DNA of 32,000 nucleotides from Breznakia sp. PF5-3 (lineage in GTDB: Bacteria; Bacillota_I; Bacilli_A; Erysipelotrichales; Erysipelotrichaceae): contig NZ_JAQFIQ010000009.1 of assembly GCF_029504745.1 (NCBI RefSeq), forward strand, positions 31,696 through 63,695, written 5' to 3'. Of the stretch, positions 1 to 8,446 are shown one piece after another. Position 1 is the stretch's first letter; every line of letters begins with the position of its first letter. A program made the translations under genes and the position numbers. The notes under the pieces are model-generated. The model was not told the DNA's origin and ran no database searches. It saw only the letters and a program-made list of their open reading frames with translations.

Positions 1-1
1 A

Positions 2-2185
2 AACGAATCACAAAGAGCGATTGCGGAAACAACAATTCAAGTTGAAGATCAAAAGAATCAAGAGGATCGTCAAGAGATGTCAGTATTGGATAGTGAGGTT
101 CATAAGTTACAAAATGAGTTTATGAATGTCGTGAATGAAATTTCTACATTGGATGCACGAAAGACGGAAATTGATGAAAAACGTAAATATACAATGGAAT
201 ATGCTAGTGATGCAGAACGTATTGTAGAGTTGAAGAAAATGCTTGATGAAGCAAAATATGAATATGAAGATCGTGAAAAAAGATTAAAAGATTTAGATAT
301 TGATTATGATTTGTCAGTTAAAAACTATGAGCGATTGGATCAAGAATTTACGAGTTTGGCAGAGCAAAATAGCAATATAACTTCTTATGTTAATAAATTG
401 TCAAACCGTAAAGAGGTATTATCCAACTTAATCAAGTCTCCCTTTAATCATCAACAAGGTGTAAAAACAATCATGGATGCAAAAGAAAGTTTATATGGTA
501 TCTGTGGGGTTGTATCTCAACTATTACTTCCTAAAGAAGGATATGAAGAAGCTATTTCAAGTGCTCTTGGAGGAGCTTTATATCATATTGTTAGTGAAGA
601 TGAAGATTGTGCGCGAAATGCGATTTCTTTCTTAAAAAAGAATAAGAGTGGGAGAGCTACATTTTTACCAAAAACGGTTTTGAAAGAACGAATGTTATCG
701 CCAAACGATACGATTGTTGCTGAAAATACAACAGGGTATTTAGGGGTTGCTAATGAATTCGTTGAATATGAAGATGATTATGCAATTGTTGCCAATGCAC
801 TATTGGGAAATGTGTTGGTGTGTGAAAAACTAATTCATGCAAATGAGTTAGCAAGATTATTAAAATATAATTATAAGATTATCACCTTAGATGGTGAAGT
901 TGTCCATAAAGGTGGAAGTATGACTGGTGGGAAGGTAAGAGATTCTTACTCGCCACTTACAATCGCAAAAGAATTAAAACAAGTAGAAGAAAAATTAGAA
1001 AAACAACTGTTGATTAGTGATGATTTAAATGCGAAGTTGAATCAAACACGCATTCAGTTGCAAGGTGTTGATGAAGAAAAAAATCAACATCAATTAGCAA
1101 TTGCCAAATTACAACCTTTGGTAGATGTGAAAAAGAGTAAATATGAAAAATTAAATGATGAATATAAAGAAATGAATCCTGAACTTTTAGAGGAAACCAA
1201 TGTTCAAAAAGATGAACTGGTAATTAAATTGTCTGATGCACATTCTAGTAAAGATAAGATTGAAAGTGATTTACAAGTGAAACGAGATAGACGTTTTAAA
1301 TTAGGACGTGATGTAGAGAAACGAGAAGCTAGAATTCGGGATATTCGTCGTGATTTAAATGTTTTAAATAATTTAGAACGTGAGCAAGAAGTGGAACGAG
1401 TTAAATGTGAGACAAACTTAGAAAATGTTTTACAACGTTTATCAAGTATATATGAAATGACATTTGAACACGCGAAAACTTTAAAGCAAGATCAAAGTGA
1501 TGTTGAAGCAGCACGAGAAGAGGTGCTTCGTTTACGCTCAGAAATAGCAAAACTAGGGAATGTAAACCTTGATGCACCAGAGGAATATAAAGAAGTATCA
1601 GAGCGGTTTGAATTACTTGTTTCACAACGTGACGAACTGCTGGAAGCTAAAAACAAAATTTTAGAAGCAATCGATGAAATGGATGAAGTTATGATAAAAC
1701 AGTTTAGTGAAATGTTTTATAAAATCAATGAAGAATTAAAAGAAACTTTCCGGGCATTGTTTGGTGGTGGAAAAGCAGACTTGTATTTGACAGATCCTGA
1801 AGATGTATTGAACAGTGGGATTGAAATTACTGTGCAACCTCCAGGTAAGAGTATTGAAAACATGCGATCATTATCAGGTGGTGAAAAAGCTCTTTTGGCA
1901 ATGAGTGTATTGTTCGCCATTTTACGAGCAAGAACGATTCCGCTTTGTATTTTTGATGAGGTTGAAGCTGCACTTGATCAAGCCAATGTTGAGAAGTTTG
2001 CAAAATATGTTTCAAACTTCCGTGGTGAATCACAGTTTATTATTGTAACACATCGACCTGGAACTATGAGTCAATGTGATGCACTTTATGGTGTGACTAT
2101 GCAAAAAGATGGGGTTTCTAAATTTTTGAAAGTTAAACTTAAAGATGCAATGGATTATGTGCAACCTGAAGGAGAGGTATCATAA
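2..2185 (+). CDS. smc: Chromosome segregation ATPase SMC, C-terminal part (5' end lies upstream of the window)
   Basis: The frame is open from nt 2, with no stop before the first ATG at 77. Long coiled-coil sequence, a hinge-like segment, ABC signature LSGGEKALLAMSVLFAI, Walker B LCIFDEVEAALD, IIVTHR. Confidence 0.95.
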   Translation, partial: NESQRAIAETTIQVEDQKNQEDRQEMSVLDSEVHKLQNEFMNVVNEISTLDARKTEIDEKRKYTMEYASDAERIVELKKMLDEAKYEYEDREKRLKDLDIDYDLSVKNYERLDQEFTSLAEQNSNITSYVNKLSNRKEVLSNLIKSPFNHQQGVKTIMDAKESLYGICGVVSQLLLPKEGYEEAISSALGGALYHIVSEDEDCARNAISFLKKNKSGRATFLPKTVLKERMLSPNDTIVAENTTGYLGVANEFVEYEDDYAIVANALLGNVLVCEKLIHANELARLLKYNYKIITLDGEVVHKGGSMTGGKVRDSYSPLTIAKELKQVEEKLEKQLLISDDLNAKLNQTRIQLQGVDEEKNQHQLAIAKLQPLVDVKKSKYEKLNDEYKEMNPELLEETNVQKDELVIKLSDAHSSKDKIESDLQVKRDRRFKLGRDVEKREARIRDIRRDLNVLNNLEREQEVERVKCETNLENVLQRLSSIYEMTFEHAKTLKQDQSDVEAAREEVLRLRSEIAKLGNVNLDAPEEYKEVSERFELLVSQRDELLEAKNKILEAIDEMDEVMIKQFSEMFYKINEELKETFRALFGGGKADLYLTDPEDVLNSGIEITVQPPGKSIENMRSLSGGEKALLAMSVLFAILRARTIPLCIFDEVEAALDQANVEKFAKYVSNFRGESQFIIVTHRPGTMSQCDALYGVTMQKDGVSKFLKVKLKDAMDYVQPEGEVS

Positions 2186-3147
2186 TGGGATTTTTAAAGA
2201 AATTAAAAAAAACATTTTCAGGAAAACAAGATAGTGATTACTATTTAAGTGGATTATCAAAATCAAGAACTTCTTTCGCTACAAAATTAAAGCGATTAGC
2301 GGGAGGTTTTCAAGGGGTTACAGAAGATTTTTTAGAAGAGTTGATGATAATTTTGTTGGAAGCGGACCTTGGTATTGAGACTGCGGATAAAATCATTCAA
2401 TCTGTTGAAAAAAAGGCACTTGATAGTAAGGCTAGTTCAATGGAAGATATCAATGATATTCTATTTGAAGAAATGATGGAATTATATACATCTTATGAAG
2501 ATCCTGAGTTTATATTAAATGAAGAAGGTCCAACGGTTATTTTAATGGTTGGTGTAAATGGTAGTGGAAAAACGACTACAAGTGCAAAATTAGCGAATAA
2601 ATTCAAAGAAGAAGGAAAAGATGTGGTATTGGTTGCAGCAGATACATTCCGTGCTGGAGCAGTTGATCAGTTAAAGCGTTGGTCAGATCGTATAGGTGTT
2701 GAATGTGTTATGGGAAAAGCGAACGCAGATCCAGCAAGTGTAATCGTGGATGGTTGTCGTTTTGCTAAAGAACACAAGAAAGATATTATCATTGCTGATA
2801 CAGCAGGAAGGTTGCAAAACAAAGTTAATTTGATGAATGAGTTAGCGAAAATGCACAAAGTAATTGATCGTGAAATTCCAGGGCAACCTGCAGCAGTCTG
2901 GTTAGTAATTGATGCTACAACAGGTCAAAATGGAATTTCCCAAGCAAAAGAATTTACCAGTGCGACAAACGTCAATGGAATCATTTTAACGAAACTAGAT
3001 GGAAGTGCAAAAGGTGGTATTGTAATTGCTATTCGTAATCTATTAGGGTTACCTGTTAAATACGTAGGATTAGGTGAAAATATTGATGACTTGAAGGAGT
3101 TTGATATTGAATCTTTTATCTATGGATTGTGTGGAGACCTAGATTAA
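2185..3147 (+). CDS. ftsY: Signal recognition particle receptor FtsY
   Basis: ATG overlaps the smc stop (TAATG) and GGAGAGG SD lies upstream. SRP-GTPase motifs GVNGSGKTTT, DTAGR, TKLDGSAKGG. Confidence 0.95.
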   Translation: MGFLKKLKKTFSGKQDSDYYLSGLSKSRTSFATKLKRLAGGFQGVTEDFLEELMIILLEADLGIETADKIIQSVEKKALDSKASSMEDINDILFEEMMELYTSYEDPEFILNEEGPTVILMVGVNGSGKTTTSAKLANKFKEEGKDVVLVAADTFRAGAVDQLKRWSDRIGVECVMGKANADPASVIVDGCRFAKEHKKDIIIADTAGRLQNKVNLMNELAKMHKVIDREIPGQPAAVWLVIDATTGQNGISQAKEFTSATNVNGIILTKLDGSAKGGIVIAIRNLLGLPVKYVGLGENIDDLKEFDIESFIYGLCGDLD

Positions 3148-3468
3148 ATGAAACCATATGAAAAAATGAACAAGTTACTGGATTTTTATGAATGTTTATT
3201 AACTGCAAAACAACAAGAAATTATGAATTATTATTATCGTGATGATTATTCGTTAAGTGAGATTGCAGAGAATTTAAAGATAACAAGAAGTGCTGTTCAA
3301 GATAATATCAAACGTGCATCTCATAGTTTGGAAACATATGAGACAAAATTAAAATTGAGTAAAAAATATCATCATCGTTTAACGTTATATGAAAAACTAA
3401 ACTTGATGGATGATTCTAAAATAAAGGAAATATATAAACAATTATTAGAAAGCGAGGATGAAGTATGA
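3148..3468 (+). CDS. ylxM: YlxM/p13-family (UPF0122) small helix-turn-helix protein
   Basis: Starts on the nucleotide after the ftsY stop. The 106-aa product carries the HTH YSLSEIAENLKITRSAVQDNIKRA. Its position directly after ftsY is as in Bacillus. Confidence 0.8.
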   Translation: MKPYEKMNKLLDFYECLLTAKQQEIMNYYYRDDYSLSEIAENLKITRSAVQDNIKRASHSLETYETKLKLSKKYHHRLTLYEKLNLMDDSKIKEIYKQLLESEDEV

Positions 3469-4658
3469 GTAAGATTATTGCAGTTAATGCAGGGAGTTCT
3501 TCTTTAAAGTTTCAATTATATGAAATGCCAGAAGAAACAGTTTTAACAAGTGGGATTGTAGAAAGAATTGGATTTGAGGATGCGATTTTCACAATTCTTG
3601 TTGATGGTGAAAAAGTTAGTAAAACACTACCAGTGAAGGATCACAAAGTAGCTGTAAATTTAGTTCTAAATGCACTTGTTGAGCACAATATTGTTGATGA
3701 TTTAAGTGATATTGTTGCGGCAGGACACCGTGTTGTACATGGTGGAGAATATTTCTCTAAAAGTGTTTTAGTTAATGAAGATGTTGTAGAAAAGGTTGAG
3801 GAACTATGTGATTTGGCGCCATTGCATAATCCAGGCGCATTGATTGGATATCGCGCATTTAAAGAAAGTTTACCAGGGAGCCAACATGTTTTTACCTTTG
3901 ATACAGCGTTCCATCAAACGATGAAGGCAGATTCATATATATATCCATTACCTTATGAATGGTATACAGATTATAAAGTTCGTCGCTATGGAATGCATGG
4001 AACATCTCATCAATTTGTATCACAACGTTGTGCAGAATTGTTAGGGAAAGACTTAAAAGATACAAAAATCATTACTTTACATTTAGGTGGAGGTGCTTCA
4101 ATCACGGCGATTGAGGGTGGAAAAAGCATCAATACATCAATGGGATTTACACCTCTTGGTGGAATTATGATGGGAACTCGTTGTGGTGATATTGATCCTG
4201 CAATTGTACCTTTCATGAGTGAAAAATTAGATGCATCGCCAAAAGAAATGGATACAATCTTGAATAAAAAATCAGGAATGCTTGGTGTATCGGGAATTTC
4301 AAGTGATGGTCGTGATATTGAAAAAGCAGGACTTGAAGGGAATGAACGTGCAGTATTGACTATGGATATCTTTGTGAATCGTGTTATTCAAACGGTGGGT
4401 TCTTATTATGCACAACTAGAAGGTGTTGATGCAATTGTCTTCACGGCTGGAATCGGCGAGAATGATATTAAAACGCGTGAAAGAATTATGCGTAAATTAG
4501 AACCTATATTGGGAACATCAGTGGATGTTGAAGCAAATAAAGTTCGTGGTGAAGAAAAAATGTTAACGACAGCTGATGCGAGAACAAAAGTGTTTTTAAT
4601 TCCAACAAATGAAGAGGTTATGATTGTAAGAGACACATATGCAATCACAAATAAATAA
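3465..4658 (+). CDS. ackA: Acetate kinase
   Basis: ATGA overlap with ylxM and GAGGAT SD. Signatures VNAGSSSLKF, GHRVVHGG, FDTAFHQTM, IVFTAGIGEN, PTNEEVMI. Confidence 0.95.
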   Translation: MSKIIAVNAGSSSLKFQLYEMPEETVLTSGIVERIGFEDAIFTILVDGEKVSKTLPVKDHKVAVNLVLNALVEHNIVDDLSDIVAAGHRVVHGGEYFSKSVLVNEDVVEKVEELCDLAPLHNPGALIGYRAFKESLPGSQHVFTFDTAFHQTMKADSYIYPLPYEWYTDYKVRRYGMHGTSHQFVSQRCAELLGKDLKDTKIITLHLGGGASITAIEGGKSINTSMGFTPLGGIMMGTRCGDIDPAIVPFMSEKLDASPKEMDTILNKKSGMLGVSGISSDGRDIEKAGLEGNERAVLTMDIFVNRVIQTVGSYYAQLEGVDAIVFTAGIGENDIKTRERIMRKLEPILGTSVDVEANKVRGEEKMLTTADARTKVFLIPTNEEVMIVRDTYAITNK

Positions 4659-5608
4659 TGTTTGATTTATTAAAAGAAATAGCAGCATATGATATTATAA
4701 CAATCTTTCGTCATCAGAGTGCTGATGCGGACGCATTAGGCTCTCAGTATGGGATGAAAACGTTTTTGAAGGAATGTTATCCAGAAAAATTGGTTTTTGC
4801 GTTAGGAGAAGATGTAGGCAGTGCTGCTAAGTTGTTTCCGCCGATTGATCATGCGAGTGATGAGCAAATTGAAAAATCTTGTGCCATCATTTTAGATACT
4901 GCAAATACAGAGCGTATAGATGATCAACGGTATTCAACAGCTAAAAAGGTTATTAAGATTGACCATCATATTGTAGTTGAAAATTTTGCCGATGTATCAT
5001 ACGTAGATACAAATGCAGCAGCAACTTGTGAGATTTTAGCAATGCTTTTTAAAAGAGCTGAATATCAAGTAAGTCCAGCATGTGCAAAATATTTATATTT
5101 AGGTATTTTGGCTGATTCGATATCTTTCACAACAACTTCAACAACGCAAAATACATTACTAGCTGCTGCTTATTTGGTAGGATGTGGATTGGATGTGAAT
5201 AAAATCAATCAAGAACGTACAGGTATAAGTGTAGAAGATTTTAAGTATGCAACACGTATTCGTGAACGTGTTAAAGTAGAGGACAAGGTAGCTTATTCTA
5301 TTATGGATGCTGATGATTATGAATCCTTGGGATTAAATTATAATTTAGCAAAAGAAAAAGTTTACGCCCTTTCTGATGTGATTGATTTTGAAATATATTG
5401 TTTATTTACAGAAGATCTAACATATGGTAGTAAAGGACTTTACAATGGATCATTGCGTTCCAAAAATGTACCTATCAATGAAATTGCCAATGTATATAAT
5501 GGTGGAGGGCATGCACATGCATGTGGTGTGAAAAAATTAGATATTAATCAAATTAAAAATTTAATTGATGATTTATTAAAACTTAGCAATAGCCATTATT
5601 TGAAATAA
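4658..5608 (+). CDS. nrnA: DHH/DHHA1 phosphoesterase, NrnA-like oligoribonuclease / pAp phosphatase
   Basis: TAATG overlap with ackA. DHH motifs HQSADADALGS, ILDTANTERIDDQRY, KIDHH and the DHHA1 motif GGGHAHACG. Length and motif order match my recollection of Bacillus NrnA. Confidence 0.85.
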   Translation: MFDLLKEIAAYDIITIFRHQSADADALGSQYGMKTFLKECYPEKLVFALGEDVGSAAKLFPPIDHASDEQIEKSCAIILDTANTERIDDQRYSTAKKVIKIDHHIVVENFADVSYVDTNAAATCEILAMLFKRAEYQVSPACAKYLYLGILADSISFTTTSTTQNTLLAAAYLVGCGLDVNKINQERTGISVEDFKYATRIRERVKVEDKVAYSIMDADDYESLGLNYNLAKEKVYALSDVIDFEIYCLFTEDLTYGSKGLYNGSLRSKNVPINEIANVYNGGGHAHACGVKKLDINQIKNLIDDLLKLSNSHYLK

Positions 5609-5621
5609 TGGCTATTTTTTT
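5588..5621 (+). terminator. Rho-independent terminator of the smc-to-nrnA transcription unit
   Basis: AATAGCCATTATT (5588-5600) pairs with AATAATGGCTATT (5604-5616) and is followed by a T-run. The hairpin includes the nrnA stop codon (5606-5608). Confidence 0.75.
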
Positions 5622-5629
5622 GTAAGCCC

Positions 5630-5658
5630 TTGCAATGCAATTCTAATTATGTTAGATT
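5630..5658 (+). promoter_or_regulatory. Candidate sigma-A promoter with no ORF directly downstream
   Basis: TTGCAA (5630-5635), 17-nt spacer, TAGATT (5653-5658). Match to consensus is moderate only. Confidence 0.35.
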
Positions 5659-5681
5659 GTAAGTAGTAACAAGGGTAGTTA

Positions 5682-5695
5682 TTGTAACGTTACAA
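5682..5695. repeat. Perfect 14-bp palindrome TTGTAACGTTACAA (possible operator or RNA hairpin)
   Basis: The sequence equals its own reverse complement. It lies between the candidate promoter and the 5700-5747 terminator. Confidence 0.5.
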
Positions 5696-5699
5696 GCTA

Positions 5700-5747
5700 A
5701 ACCTATTTACAAACTTTTTGTTTGTGGATAGGTTTTCTTTATTTATT
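5700..5747 (+). terminator. Rho-independent terminator or attenuator hairpin
   Basis: 15-bp stem: AACCTATTTACAAAC (5700-5714) pairs with GTTTGTGGATAGGTT (5720-5734) with two G-U pairs and a TTTTT loop. It is followed by the T-rich TTCTTTATTTATT. The - strand has no T-run. Confidence 0.65.
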
Positions 5748-6005
5748 GAGGGGGTGTTGTGGATAGACAATAGCATTTTTGACTATGGCATTTGCCAAAC
5801 TCGCTTACAAAAGACGCAGTGAGGGACTGATGTTTAAATTATCGTCTGATTGGATACTTAATTATGGTGTAATTAAAAGGATTAAATACGAAATTCATAC
5901 AGTAAGTTGAGAAGAAGAAAAGTATTTAAAAGTAAAATTAGATTAATGACAGTTTAAAAGAGAAAGGAGTTTATATTATATACCAATATAATATATTAGA
6001 AGAAA

Positions 6006-8411
6006 ATGACAATGAAAAAAATAGGGATTACGATTATCACAATAGTTACTTTATTTACTGCTGCATTGAGTGGCTCAATGAAGGTGGAGGGTAAAGTTAT
6101 ATCTCATAGCGCAGCTACTTCAATTGTGGATGTAAATACTAAAAAATTAGATAAATTTGATGTAGTTGATCCAAATATGGAGTGGCGTTATCATGATGGT
6201 GATAACGATCCAAATGAGGGAACATGGTATCAAGGATGGAATAAGCGAAACGGTTGGGCTTATCCAGAAGGTTGGTTAGACTGGGGAAGTATTCCAATGC
6301 TTTTTTCAGAAGAAAGTTGGCCAACTTATAAAGGAACTGCATTTAGTACAGATCCTGTAGCTAGTGAACAACAATTAGCAAAAACGAGCGATGACAAAGC
6401 GAAGAGTACATATTTTCTTCGTCACACATTTACGTTGACTCAAGAACAAGCGGAAAGTGTATACGCAATTCAAATTAAAGCGAAATATAATGATGCTATG
6501 ACAATGTATGTGAATGGTACTGCAGTAGGTGGCTTCCATAATATTCCAACTTCAAATTATAAAAAGAATATGGAATATGGTTCACAAGTAGCGGTGGCAG
6601 ATAATGATGCTATTGAAGAAAGTTTTATTGTTGATGATGTTTCTTGCATCACAAATGGTTTTGTACCAGGTAAGTATAAAAAAGTATACGATCCTGTATA
6701 TAAAATGGACGTGCTTGAACTGGAAGAAGCAGAAAAAGACGAGTATGGTAATACATTTATGAACATTACCATTGCTGTTGAATTACATGCAAATAGTCCT
6801 GAAGATGCACAAGCAAGCTTTGAATTGATGGAGTTTATTTTAAATCCTGATGAAAGTGGATTAGCGGGTAGTGGAAATGTAAAAAATGTTGCAGTTAATG
6901 TAGGTGCAGATGAAAATACAATAAACTTTGCATGGAATGCATTATCATCATCTGCTGGATATGTACAAGTTGCAGAAGGAAGTGATCCAGCAGCGTTCTC
7001 TTTGGAAAAAGCAAAAACTTACAAAGCTGATTCGACAAAATTAGCATATACAAAGTTTACATCTACGAATTATTATGCAAACAAAGCAACGATAGATATT
7101 GAACCAGGAAAAGACTATATATATCGTGTAGGTAATGATGGTGGATATTCACCAGTTTATAAATTACATACGCAATCTATCAACGATGGATATGAAGCAA
7201 TCTTCTTGTCTGATGCCCAAATTGGTACAGGTACTATTCCAACAGATACTTTAGGATGGACAAATACATTAAATTTGGCGTTAGGTAAATTTCCAAATGC
7301 AAGTTTTATAGCGAATACAGGAGACTTTGTCGATACAGCGAATAAAGAAAGTGAATACGATGCATATTTCACACCTGAGATTTTGGCATCTTATCCAACT
7401 GCAACAGCTGTAGGAAATCATGATATAGCTAGTAATTATGGAAATCACTTTAACGAGTCTAATATGTCAGCATTAGGTGCAAGTGCAGCAAATAGTGACT
7501 ACTACTATACTTATGGAAATGTATTATATATGGTATTGAATACTAGTAATATTAATCATGTAGAACATATTCAGTTTATGGAAGAAACATTAGAAGCTAC
7601 TGCTGATCAAGATTTTGATTGGACGGTTGTAATGTTCCACCAATCAATTTATGCTTCTGGTAAACAATCAACAAGTGATGATGTTGCCCCACGAAAAGAA
7701 GTGTTTGTACCAGCCTTTGATAGATTGGGAATTGATATTGTATTAATGGGACATGATCACTGTTATGCACGTACAAAGCAAATGAAAAACTTTGAACCTG
7801 TGGATGGTGTAACATATGAAGACGCTGCTAATACAATTGCTGTGAATCCAGAAGGGACATTGTATCTTACAACAAGTTCAGCAAGTGGAAGTAAGTATTA
7901 CGATTTAGTTGAAGGAGGCTACGAATATTTGGCGTTTAGTGCGCAACCTAAAGTGCCAACATTCTCACACCTAACATTTAGTGAAGATACTTTTACAATG
8001 ACAGCATATCGTACAGATACAATGGAAGCGTTTGATACATATACAATTAAGAAAACAAATAAGGTAGATGTAGATAAAACAAAACTGAATGCTTTATTAA
8101 AGGAAGCAAAAGCAATCAAAACAACAAAGTATACAGAAGCAAGTGTAAATACATTAAAATCAGCTATCAAAGCAGCCGAAGCAGTTATGAATGATGCGAA
8201 TGCCACTCAAGCAGAAGTAGATGCTGCAGTGGCGAATTTACAAAAAGCGATTGATGGTCTAAAATTGAAAAGTGCTGCATCAACACAAACAGATGGAAAT
8301 CCTTCAACTGGTGATGCGATGGCAACGAATGCTTTAATGTTGATTACGTTGTTAAGTGGAGCAGTTGCAATTGCAACATATATAAAACGAAAACGAGCGG
8401 TTAGTGAATAA
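6006..8411 (+). CDS. Secreted, probably cell-wall-anchored calcineurin-like metallophosphoesterase (PAP-type FN3-like domain, FIVAR-like repeat, C-terminal sorting signal)
   Basis: N-terminal signal peptide MTMKKIGITIITIVTLFTAALSG. Metallophosphatase motifs FLSDAQIG, GDFVD, GNHD, MFHQS, GHDHCY. Helical repeat VDKTKLNALLKEAKAIKTTKYTEASVNTLKSAIKAAEAVMNDANATQAEVDAAVANLQKAIDGL. An in-frame stop at 5997-5999 makes ATG 6006 the first possible start. The SD is weak. Confidence 0.85.
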   Translation: MTMKKIGITIITIVTLFTAALSGSMKVEGKVISHSAATSIVDVNTKKLDKFDVVDPNMEWRYHDGDNDPNEGTWYQGWNKRNGWAYPEGWLDWGSIPMLFSEESWPTYKGTAFSTDPVASEQQLAKTSDDKAKSTYFLRHTFTLTQEQAESVYAIQIKAKYNDAMTMYVNGTAVGGFHNIPTSNYKKNMEYGSQVAVADNDAIEESFIVDDVSCITNGFVPGKYKKVYDPVYKMDVLELEEAEKDEYGNTFMNITIAVELHANSPEDAQASFELMEFILNPDESGLAGSGNVKNVAVNVGADENTINFAWNALSSSAGYVQVAEGSDPAAFSLEKAKTYKADSTKLAYTKFTSTNYYANKATIDIEPGKDYIYRVGNDGGYSPVYKLHTQSINDGYEAIFLSDAQIGTGTIPTDTLGWTNTLNLALGKFPNASFIANTGDFVDTANKESEYDAYFTPEILASYPTATAVGNHDIASNYGNHFNESNMSALGASAANSDYYYTYGNVLYMVLNTSNINHVEHIQFMEETLEATADQDFDWTVVMFHQSIYASGKQSTSDDVAPRKEVFVPAFDRLGIDIVLMGHDHCYARTKQMKNFEPVDGVTYEDAANTIAVNPEGTLYLTTSSASGSKYYDLVEGGYEYLAFSAQPKVPTFSHLTFSEDTFTMTAYRTDTMEAFDTYTIKKTNKVDVDKTKLNALLKEAKAIKTTKYTEASVNTLKSAIKAAEAVMNDANATQAEVDAAVANLQKAIDGLKLKSAASTQTDGNPSTGDAMATNALMLITLLSGAVAIATYIKRKRAVSE
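8298..8408 (+). other. C-terminal sorting signal: NPSTG motif, hydrophobic segment, KRKR tail
   Basis: The last 37 aa are NPSTGDAMATNALMLITLLSGAVAIATYIKRKRAVSE. The tripartite layout is typical of sortase substrates, with NPSTG in place of LPXTG. Confidence 0.6.
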
Positions 8412-8446
8412 AATTTAATAAATAGAAAGTGTATAGGGGTAGTGTA

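Noticed and set aside
5682-5695. The palindrome TTGTAACGTTACAA as a CcpA cre site or LacI/GalR-type operator
   Set aside because: cre and LacI-family sites have six positions on each side of the central CG (TGWNANCGNTNWCA). Here TGTAA-CG-TTACA has only five per half-site, so the register does not fit. It is kept only as an unassigned palindrome.
5780-5835. Possible c-di-GMP riboswitch upstream of the surface-protein gene (GCCAAAC ... GACGCAG resemble the GGCAAACC / GACGCAAAGC elements of GEMM-I)
   Set aside because: There is no GNRA-capped P1 hairpin, no tetraloop-receptor helix and no conserved 3' half. The resemblance is limited to two short strings. It would need an Infernal scan to revive.
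8429-8446. GTG 8429 as the start of the YibE/F gene (ORF-track start)
   Set aside because: ATG 8447 is preceded by AGGGGT at ideal spacing and gives the typical basic N-terminus MKRIKQIKK. GTG 8429 has no SD.
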